From IMG/VR virus record IMGVR_UViG_3300044451_000434, positions 32,001 to 96,000 of that record: a DNA stretch of 64,000 bases. One strand, written 5' to 3'. A program made the position numbers and the translations under genes. This stretch comes from a virus. The notes under the pieces are model-generated. The model saw only the letters and a program-made list of their open reading frames with translations, had not been told where the DNA came from and made no database searches. Of the stretch, positions 1 to 10,100 are shown piece by piece (within the stretch, counting starts at the first letter, position 1; the number at the start of each line of letters is the position of its first letter).

Positions 1-3000
1 ACATACCTATCTGATTCCCTTAAATTGGTGTCTGAGTTAGTTCTGAGCAAGCCGTCGTCGGAGCAGACAAACAGCCCGTCTTCATGTACGGCACACCTAC
101 CGAGCCTGATGTCCGATTGAAACATCTTTGATACAGAAGAATTATCAAGTCTCCATATTGAATTAGTTGCAATTAACAAGACAAAATCTTGTTCAATATA
201 AGTGTCTATTATTTTGAGCCTTCCTGGTAAATTATCTAGTAGAGAAAACTCTGAACCACTTGAATCTCCAACGAAAAGACCGTCTTCCGAATAGATGTAC
301 GGTAATCCATTCCAAGAGAAACAAGACCATATCAAAGTTGCCTCTGAAGATATGGAGGGTAGTTGCCGAAAATATATCTGAGAATTTAGCTGTATAGATA
401 TCTTCCATATGGCATTTGCAGCGACTGCTATGAAGTTTAAATCATCAATTCTAATGACATCTCGGAAGCACTTAACTCCCCTCTGCATCCCTAATCCCGT
501 AGCCAAAGGAGTCAAATTGCCATCTGCTTGAATTCTAGCCATGTCTATACCCCTAAAGGCAATTATGAACACAATGTCGCCAAATATTCTTATCCTGAAT
601 GGACAACCCGCATCATCAGGAGGCAAAGATGAGGATATTTCAACAATCGTTCCAATGTCAGAAGTGTTTTTATACATCCAACTGCCAACACTTGATGCAA
701 CAAAGCCAATATTTCCAAAGAACTCCATGTCATGTATAAATGCACGAGCACTGCCTCTAGATATGGGGAATGAACTAGGGACAGAACCAAGATGGGTATC
801 AACCTCTGCACCAGCCAACTCAATAGCGACTTCTGAATATTGGGAGTCAGATTCAGAATATAATCTAATCTTGTTTCTTTCGTTTACAGTAGCAAACCAT
901 CTAAAATTGTCTGCTGATTGCATGATGCATGTCATAGGCAGCATGTCCATGAATGTCTCGTCATGATTTACGGATGGGATAACACCCCTACTGACAGTCC
1001 CAGATGTTAATTGACCTGCAGAAAGTATGCCAATCTGCTCCCCGTCCAAAACTCCTTCGACTTCAGAAGTTCCAAAAACTACAGATTTAACTACAGAATC
1101 ATCTGGAAGCTCTTCCACAAAATTTATGGATCCATCACCGAATATTTGATAACCAACAGAAGTTACTGAATTGTTTACAAATACAACACCATGAGATGGG
1201 TCAATTCCAACCTCAATAGGCGATGAAGGGATGTATGTCAACCTGTCTTCAGAAACATATTTATCTATCAAATATAGATCACTCAAATCTATTCTGAAAT
1301 CGTTGTTATCATCCAATCTGAAATGTCTGTGCTCGGCAATCAATTCTTCAGCATTCTCAACAACAGGATCAATCATGTTAGAAAGCAATCTACGCTCGTC
1401 TTTTAATGATCCATTTTGAGATCTTGAGAACAATAGCATGCTACTATCTGGAGGGTTGGTGATTTGAGCCGTGACCACTGAGCATTCAGACACAATAGAC
1501 CTGATAGCAAACCTGTATTCTCCGTTGGCTAGTTTAAAATTTCTTAAGGTGTATGTTTTTGATTTACTATCTGAAGAACCAACTCTAGAGAATCTACCTG
1601 TAGAAGGATCAGAAACATACAACTCAAATCCATCTACAGGTATTGTGTATTCATTCCAAGACAATACATAGTCGTCATTTATAAATTGTGAAGAAAGACC
1701 AGTAGGTCCTGGATTTTCTGACCTGCTCACAAAAGTGGTAAGAACTCCGATTTTACCCTCTAATTCGTATGTTTCTGGACGCATGCTCCTAGCGCCCCAA
1801 AAATTTTCATATCCTATGCGGTAGGAGTAGGAATTCCCGTCCAGAACCATGAGATCTAGATATTCATAAGAACTTGGATCAATCTCCGCAATCAGCCCAT
1901 ATGGACCAAGAGAGCCAGATGAGTCAACTTGACTTCTGTATACTAAAAACTTCCTTGCGGGAAGTCGTGATTTTCCATTCCACGTAACCATGATGCCATC
2001 TTGTACAACTGCAGAGAAAACTCCATCCAACTCCCCAGGAGCAGGCATGTCATCAATGAAGGGGCTAAAAAGATCAAAAGAAGATGCGATGGATTTATTG
2101 TTATACTCATCAACCGCAACAATCGATATACTATATTTTGTTTTTGGTTTTGTCAGTCCTGAGGGGAGCAAATATGTCCTCAGTTTTGTTTTTTGAGAAA
2201 CCTGTGCGATTTGCTGACCTGTCGTATATGTGTAAGTTGTTGGTGAAGCTGAAGAATCTTTAACCTGTAAAATTATGCCGCCAGAAGCAAAAAAGCCTCC
2301 AGTTCCATCGTCGGTGATGTCCGAATTAAATTCCCCCATTCTAAAAAGAATAGGTGATGTATCCGCCAATCTTGCATTACTCGTTGCTGCCAACTTTTGT
2401 GCAGGAAGAGATGGCGAAGATATATTTATCCCGTCACGAGTTAAAGCAGGATTAAACCAAAAAGAAAAAGCAGGTCTTGCTTCTATAAGTTGAAACATGC
2501 TGTAAGTAATACCCGTAACTTTAGATTTCATCCTAATGTTGGCATAGTTAATAAACGCAATGACATCTGTTATGTTCTTGTCAGTCAAATCGAAGGACAC
2601 TTCAGAAAAACCATCTACAGGCGTAAAGTTGCTATCATCAACTCCCTGTATCCTTAATGTAACCCCGGATATGGTAAAATTAAAATCACACATGTTGCCC
2701 GAATAACGCCTTGCTATATAAATCGAATCAGATGGATCTTCATTTAAAATTTCTATCCTTTCTTGTATCTGATATGAAACCACAGACAGTTCATAGTAAG
2801 AAACATCAGAAGGGTCTTGATGAGCCCAATTAAACCTTACTGATCCGCCGACGGAAAAAAATCCTGATATGTCAACAACGGGTGGTGGGGGCGTAGAATC
2901 TCCAGAAATTACCCTTGTAAATCTTCCCCTTGTCTGAGACTGACCGACTTTTCTGAACAAAACAATCGTGTAAGTTGACTTGTCTTCAAAATACTGAGTA

Positions 3001-4163
3001 GTAAAAGAAGAACCCTGCATAGCCTGCACGGTATAAAGTTCGATATTGCCACTATTTGGCATCTTGATATCTTTAGATGTCCAAACAAAACCAAAGTTAC
3101 CGTTCTTGTGTATCCTTAAATAAAGATTATTCATGGGATCATATGGATCATATCCATCAACAGATATGGCAGATACTGAAAGATAAAAACTACCAAGTGG
3201 GTTTCTCAAAATGATGGCATCAATATCATCGACATCTCCAATTTGCGCAGCAGATGTTGGAACAAGATATTTGTTTACCGAAGCTGATGTCTTTCCGTAG
3301 ATTGACCTGTTATATATAGATACTCTATATCTAAATCCATTAATCAAATCTCTTATAATAAAATGTGATTTAGAGACAGGCACTTCAATAGAAAATTCAT
3401 CACCAACTTCATTCCCAAAAACATCCACCCGTCTCCAAGAGACAATTTTTTTATCAATCAACCCGGACGCAGACTTGTCAAAAACAACACAAATAGATGC
3501 ATTGTTTTCTACGGCGGCAACACCAGTTGGAATTGGCGGAATCACATCCGCAAATGGCCTACTTACTAATACTTCTTCCGAAAACAATCCAGGAGTGTCA
3601 TCACGTCCGAAAGCTTGCATCTTCAGAGATATGGAAGATCCTTCGCTAATCGGGTGCTGAAAAATATCATCAGATCTTGATATTTGTGCAACATAAATAT
3701 TATCAATGATCAGATATGCATATGATGTTGTTATAGAAGCTTCATTCCAATTAAAATAAATAAAAGCAAAATCGTCTGATACGTATGCATTAAAAGTTGG
3801 TGGGGATGCAGGAGATGCATCGTTAACAACAACTTTTCGGCTTGAAGAAAAATTACCAACCTTAGAAATCATATTGGTCTGCTTCTTCAAGAACACCCCC
3901 TCGCCAACATTTGGATATTGGCAATAGCGCTCAAGCATGAGCTGCGAAAAGATTCCGTTAATGAAAGCCGCACCGCTAGATATGAAAACATATTCACCAA
4001 TCAAACTAAAATCCAAACCGTATGCAACGCCATCACCAATAGCAGAATAAAATGCGTGCAACTGCTCGTCTATCATCATCATCCTGCTCTTATCAACGGT
4101 AGCAGAATATCTGTCCCCTCTTTCGAAGTATGGAAGTTGCAGTGATGGAGTTGGTCTAGTCAT
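1..4163 (-). CDS. Giant tail fibre/tail-tip protein with FN3-like array (partial, >1387 aa, runs off the left edge; missing from ORF track)
   Basis: ATG at 4163 overlaps the TGA of the 2726-aa gene (ATGA). Translates as MTRPTPSLQLPYFERGDRYSATVDKSRMMMIDEQLHAFYSAIGDGVAYG... The frame was spot-checked open at 1-60 and near 1320; an internal stop would have produced a listed ORF. Contains FN3-like units (DVIPPIPTGV...LINGFRYRVSIYNRS), an HxH motif (IAEHRH) and a fibre-like motif LSAGQLTSGTVSRGVIP. Confidence 0.8.
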   Translation of the reverse strand, partial: MTRPTPSLQLPYFERGDRYSATVDKSRMMMIDEQLHAFYSAIGDGVAYGLDFSLIGEYVFISSGAAFINGIFSQLMLERYCQYPNVGEGVFLKKQTNMISKVGNFSSSRKVVVNDASPASPPTFNAYVSDDFAFIYFNWNEASITTSYAYLIIDNIYVAQISRSDDIFQHPISEGSSISLKMQAFGRDDTPGLFSEEVLVSRPFADVIPPIPTGVAAVENNASICVVFDKSASGLIDKKIVSWRRVDVFGNEVGDEFSIEVPVSKSHFIIRDLINGFRYRVSIYNRSIYGKTSASVNKYLVPTSAAQIGDVDDIDAIILRNPLGSFYLSVSAISVDGYDPYDPMNNLYLRIHKNGNFGFVWTSKDIKMPNSGNIELYTVQAMQGSSFTTQYFEDKSTYTIVLFRKVGQSQTRGRFTRVISGDSTPPPPVVDISGFFSVGGSVRFNWAHQDPSDVSYYELSVVSYQIQERIEILNEDPSDSIYIARRYSGNMCDFNFTISGVTLRIQGVDDSNFTPVDGFSEVSFDLTDKNITDVIAFINYANIRMKSKVTGITYSMFQLIEARPAFSFWFNPALTRDGINISSPSLPAQKLAATSNARLADTSPILFRMGEFNSDITDDGTGGFFASGGIILQVKDSSASPTTYTYTTGQQIAQVSQKTKLRTYLLPSGLTKPKTKYSISIVAVDEYNNKSIASSFDLFSPFIDDMPAPGELDGVFSAVVQDGIMVTWNGKSRLPARKFLVYRSQVDSSGSLGPYGLIAEIDPSSYEYLDLMVLDGNSYSYRIGYENFWGARSMRPETYELEGKIGVLTTFVSRSENPGPTGLSSQFINDDYVLSWNEYTIPVDGFELYVSDPSTGRFSRVGSSDSKSKTYTLRNFKLANGEYRFAIRSIVSECSVVTAQITNPPDSSMLLFSRSQNGSLKDERRLLSNMIDPVVENAEELIAEHRHFRLDDNNDFRIDLSDLYLIDKYVSEDRLTYIPSSPIEVGIDPSHGVVFVNNSVTSVGYQIFGDGSINFVEELPDDSVVKSVVFGTSEVEGVLDGEQIGILSAGQLTSGTVSRGVIPSVNHDETFMDMLPMTCIMQSADNFRWFATVNERNKIRLYSESDSQYSEVAIELAGAEVDTHLGSVPSSFPISRGSARAFIHDMEFFGNIGFVASSVGSWMYKNTSDIGTIVEISSSLPPDDAGCPFRIRIFGDIVFIIAFRGIDMARIQADGNLTPLATGLGMQRGVKCFRDVIRIDDLNFIAVAANAIWKISIQLNSQIYFRQLPSISSEATLIWSCFSWNGLPYIYSEDGLFVGDSSGSEFSLLDNLPGRLKIIDTYIEQDFVLLIATNSIWRLDNSSVSKMFQSDIRLGRCAVHEDGLFVCSDDGLLRTNSDTNLRESDRY

Positions 4164-7100
4164 TGTGTCAGAGAATTGAACTTAACCAAAGATCCGTTTT
4201 CCAATTCAAACATCATACTGAATCCTTTTAGTATTGGTACATTCACCTGATCTCCACAATCAAAGCCTGTTTCTATGATATTCATAAATGTCAATCCAAC
4301 AAAAGCGAAACTGAAATTATGTCCGTTAAAAGATTCGATTGTTATGAAATAACGATTATTTACCTCAATATCACCTGATGGAGGAGTGAAGGTAACTCTC
4401 GTTGGATCTTGAGTTCCGAAGAATGGCGGCTGTGTTGGCAACCAAGGATCATCCGAATCGCCAGCTGTCCATCCAGAGCTGTTTGCTAATGAAAAATAGG
4501 ACCCCACCATCTGGGTGAGTGCCTCATCTTCATATATGCGTATTCTGAAATCATATGCGCCAGCAAAGCCATCACTAGGCACAAACTCAAAAGCAATTAT
4601 GTTATACATAGATACAGATGCTTCTTTTATAAACGGTCTACTCAATTCAGAAAGATTTTGTTCAACTCCATTTCGTATCACATCAATATCTACATAATAT
4701 GTCGTGCCTGACACAAGAGAAAATGCATATGGTAGCATAGCAAATGAACCTATACGCCCCAAAAGTATAGTGGCACCGTTTGCATTGGGGAATGGAAGAC
4801 CGTCGAATAAGAAATATTGAGGAGAATCTATGGTGTTTGCAGATGCACGAAGAGATGTTCTTTCTTGGTCATCATAAAAATAAACAGAAAAATCCACAAC
4901 ATCATCTATTTGTGAATGTGAATTGTCTATATTCCAAAGCACAGTGTTACTATAAATATCTTGAGAATTTCCTGATGAAGTACCGTCATCTATAAATGAA
5001 GCAGGAGTCAAGAACTTGAATCCAACACGCAATTTGGTGCCATACTGAGATCCATCAACTGAAAAAAGCCTGTTTTCAGGAAGTTCTTGGAAGTCGGCTA
5101 TAGAAACACGATCAAGAGTATCCAAACATGGAACAATCATAGCAGATACAGGAACAAGCTTATCCATGCTCAAAATTCCCCGTTTTACAGGCGAAGGCAA
5201 GACAAAAGTAGTCGTTATAAATTGACTAGTTGAATTTGTAAGCGACTCTATTGATATCTGCTGCATGATAGGGTTGCTATTAGGACTAGTAGACATGAGA
5301 ACTATTTTTATCTGTATGAACTGGCCTACTTGGCCGCTCATGTCAAACTCTTCGACTACAGATGTAATTGGCGTGCCGTACTCTGCAGAAGCACACTGGT
5401 CTCTAGTTCTGCCAACCTTGAAGTATATCCATATTTCAGAGTCGGGTGGGGTGACAGAAACCCAAGACATTGTCCCCCAAGCCACATGTCCATCGCTTGC
5501 GTTTAGTATCTCAGTTTCTACGACCGCAGATTCACGACGAATTCGATCTGCAGAAAAGAACGGAGCGTCACCATTCCCGATCACGACCGTTGTATCTCCG
5601 TTGCCTTCAAATTCTATTATTTGACCGGATATAGCTGAAGATCTGAGCAAACTAGAACTTATGTCCAATACCAAATTGTCATTTATCCCGTCTCCGTTTT
5701 CATCTGGCTCAGAAGCCAAGACTGTTGAGTTGCCAGCCTTGTCAGCAAGCCTGAGGTAGACACGACGTACAGCTCCAGAAACATTGACAGCGTAGAGAGA
5801 AGACGCTGTCCAAAAAACCACCTGATTATCCGTAGACTGACCGATACCAACTATGTCTGCATCAGACTGCCCCATGACAACCCAGCCGTTGGCATATCTG
5901 TATATTTGTCTACCTACTGACGCGAAAATATTATCTCGCCCTGCAAGGACAATCTTCTTGACTGCATGTATTGGAGCAGTAGTGGATCTGAAAGATGCTA
6001 AGAATGGCTCGTCTTCGTCAACTGACCGCATGATGCGACCGGAAGAGGCAGTACCGACATAAATATTTGTACCAAGGCTGTCAACTGTTGTCAAGGCATC
6101 CGAATCGTAATGCAGACTCTCAACAACTATGGGAACAGATCCCAAATCTGCTCGGTATATCCGCTTGTCTTGCCCGGTGGCTACCACCACAAACCTATCA
6201 AAGCCTGATATTCCAGATCCTCTGTCGGCGACAAAGTTAACTTTAGCTGATGGGGAGCCTGAACCTGTATAATAATATATTCTTGCTGGAGAGTCTGTAA
6301 GCATATATAGGGAGTTGTCATAATCACTCAGGAAGAAGCCTGCAAACCCTTCGGCTTCAAGGTGTGACACACTAACAAATTGAGCTCCATCTGAAGACTT
6401 GTAAATAGCCACATTTTCTCCACTTTTAACAACAGCAACATAAAGCTCATTGCGAAAAACAATAACACCTGCAATTTCAGAATTGACAGGATCAGTTCCA
6501 ATCATGGTTTGTGTTTCCGAAAAATTGTCGCCTGTCTTTGACCTGCAAGCCGCAGGAACACTAGTGAAGACAAAATCTCTTGCTGAAAGAGCAGACGCTG
6601 GTCGGAAAGATACGAATCCACTTATCCTACCGCTTGTCTCATTCCAAATAAGTCCACTCAGAGCACTCAAATTGAGTAGACTATGATCGAACTGCGCTGT
6701 AAACGGCTTCGGCTCAACTGGAGTTACTCCGTTAGTGGTGAAATTAGAAAAATTACTGATTTCATAGGTGGACACCCCGCTAGTTGCATCATACGGTAAT
6801 TGACCATCTTCGCTGCCGAGAGTATCTATAGACAACCTGACTACATTGGCGCTAATTTGGCTCACAAAATTCAATTTGCCTTGCGGTGGCTCGGTGTCCA
6901 AGACAACCTCGTCCGATGGCAGGCCAGAAGAAGAAGACAGTTTTACCACAGATCTTTCGCCAGCATCTGCCACGGCATAAAATTCCAAACCTCCGTCAGC
7001 CACATGATTCAATTTTCTCGTTGAAGAGTAGCCAGACGCAACCTCTGCACGGTTTGGATTAAGTTTTCTGATAAGTCGGAGATCGTCTCTCACAACTAAA

Positions 7101-10100
7101 GATACATTATCTTCAGCGAGAAGGGGGCATGCAAATTTAACAACGCGACGGCTAGCATCTTCTTGAGACACTCCAAAACCAACATTGACTAGGCGACCAT
7201 TAATAGACACCTGAAGCACAGAGTCGGACTCTATAGTCTCGCTAGCTGGCATACTGAACTCATACGATGATGTGTCAATCGGCCTCGAAGGAGGCACAAT
7301 ATATAGTGAAGAATTCGCTATCATAGATCCCACCATATAACCGCCTGATGGTCTTGACTCAAACACTCCATATTCGCAGGCAACCATCAATTTATCAGCC
7401 AATTTACTTATGCTGAATATTTGCCCAAGATTGGTGCGAGATCCTGAAGATGAAGCCAATAATAGTGGAGTCCACCTTGAGCCATCAAGGCGGAAAACTC
7501 TAGAACTAGTTGCGCAGTACACATTTCCATCATGACCGTCTATCAGCGACACAACGCGCTGAGATCCAAAAGATCCGAGTGATCCAACATCGACTGAAAA
7601 CCCATCCACGATTCTCCTGACTCCAAATTGACCGATCAGGCAAACGCCGAGAATATTTGAGTGTGCAACATCGCCACCATTGAAATCGCAAATCTCTTCC
7701 ATATCATCTTCTGCAACTGCTATTGCTGAAGATGGCTGAGAAGACGGTATTTGAGATACATACCTATTCCAGTTTTTGATATAGAAAAGTTTAGATGACC
7801 TTACTATGTATAGACCGTCAGATTTTACAATCTTGACCACGGGAGCGCCGAAATTGAATGGCACAAATCGGAAAAGATCATATGAGACATAGACATCACC
7901 AGCTTGTGTGAGCACAAGCATGTTGCCATCGCTGTCAAAATAACAAGATTGCGCCTCTGCAGCAGGTGCTGGCAAATGAGTAATTGCTCTCGCAGTTTCA
8001 GAGCTCATGTCAAATAGCGATTCTGATTGCCAGTCATAATGGAAAACATGACCATCAGAAACTATAAAAGCATCGCCAGATGCACCTATGTCAACATCTG
8101 ATGGGTTTTTGGCTGGCAAGGATTGGGCAGCAGATCCAATAAAGGTAATTTGTCTAGGCGCATATCCGCCGCCAACAAATACACGCAATTTGTATAGAGC
8201 CAATTTTGCAGACCTGAATGAACTCATGTCTCCGAACCTGATATATGGCTCATTGACTCTGGCCAGGTAAACATCGTCTGTGGATTCAGACGCAGACCCC
8301 AGTTCTAGGAATTGTTGTGTAATTGATGCAAAAAATACTGCCAACGATACGCGACCGTATGCAGTCGTGTCATTGTTCAAGAATTCTCTTTGAGACCTGT
8401 CCTGCCTAGATATGGAGCTGAATCCGTAAACAAAATGGAGATTCTTAAATGTTGATGAGGCCAAATTAACGGAGCTTACTATGCGTGCCGTTGAAGCCAC
8501 CACTAGCTTGTGTTCATCCATACCAGGCCAGCCTGAAGAAGTTATTTGAGTGCTTATGCGCTGAGTTAGATGAATAGTCGGAACATCTCCCAACTGTTCT
8601 TGACGTACGCCTGACAATCCTGAAACAGAGACTGATCTTTTCAAGTATGCCAAAGCAACTAGAACAGGATCTGTTGGGCAAGAAACAGAGGCATGGGTAC
8701 AATCTCTACTATCATCATTAGCAACCATCACGATGGTGCTTAGTGTTGTCAATGACGGGTTGAAAGATCTGTACATTATGCATCTGTGAGAAGATGGTGT
8801 TGTTCCTTTTCTTATAAAGTCGTCCCAGCACACATGGCAGTTACCGTCTTGCGATGATGCAATGGATGGTCTAGAAGAAGCAAATGAGTCCATGGCTGAA
8901 GACAGTTGTATGTCTACTAACCCTGCACCACTGCTTTCCCATCTTGATTTGCTAACCAAATAGCGAGCCATGGCGATCTTGGAGCCACCAACCCCGTCAA
9001 GACTTTCAAAAACAACAAATAAATTGTTACTTGAATATACAATTTTGTGATTCTTCACCCCTCCAAGAGTTGATGTAACCTTATAGCCATTGCTACCGCC
9101 AGAAGACCACCCACCGGAATCTGGAAGATATGCATGATACAACTCGTCATGCCCTGAAATATTGTCATTCCACACAACATGAACTGCATCCACACCGTCT
9201 ACGGAAACTTGGCCACTACAAGTGGCTGACCTTGCAAGAGCAACACGACTGTATGGCTGAATCTTCGGCAATTTTCCAGAAATAAATATAGCGGAATGCA
9301 TGATGGCTGCAGACGATCCATCAAGAGATGTTAGGCACACCTGATAGACGCCCAAAGATGAACTCCAAAGTATATCTGGTCTCGAAGAAGGCATGTCTCC
9401 GTACATCCTGGTTGGCAATGACCACCCCGAATCTTGAGACCACCAAGACATCCACGAAACAGGTTGATTGCCGCCATCGTCGGACCACCACACCGCAACC
9501 ATGCTCGCACCATCAGAAGAACATGCTATTTTGGGGTCAAAACATGTACCAGAAACCATGTCGCCAGTGCTTTCGGCGATTTCAAAAGGCCCATTCCACT
9601 CCATAGAGCCGCCAAGTTTCATGAATGCAGATGTGCCCGTGGAATTTTTGGATATCAACACATCTATCTGCTGACCCGCCTCAGAAAGCGCGACTTGGTT
9701 GCCGTCGATAATAACTTTTTCAGTTTCTATATTTATATTATGCTTTGTCTTTCCATCAAACCAAGAGAGACCTATGCCGCTCTCATCTACAGAGTCAGAT
9801 GCCAAACTCTCCTCTATCTTTTCATACGCAAAAGACAACTCCATGGTGTATCCGCCTTCATCAAGTGCATATTGCGACCAGATAGTGCTACCACGCATAG
9901 TTTCTATATATGCCTTCCTACCTGAAGCAGACCCCATTGGGACAAGTCCAGCAAAAATAGTTTTAGAAAGCACCTGAAGCAGCAAAGGTGACGACTCAGT
10001 AAGATCAAAATCATTTATAAACGATGCATTAACGCCCTCATACCCAGATGTTACAGAGGCGTTGTAGTACAGAGAGAAGGGGATGACATCGGCGTTTGCA

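Noticed and set aside
541-4145. Short track ORFs suggesting a fragmented or non-coding left end
   Set aside because: Explained by one continuous minus-strand ORF from 4163 that lacks a stop inside the window.
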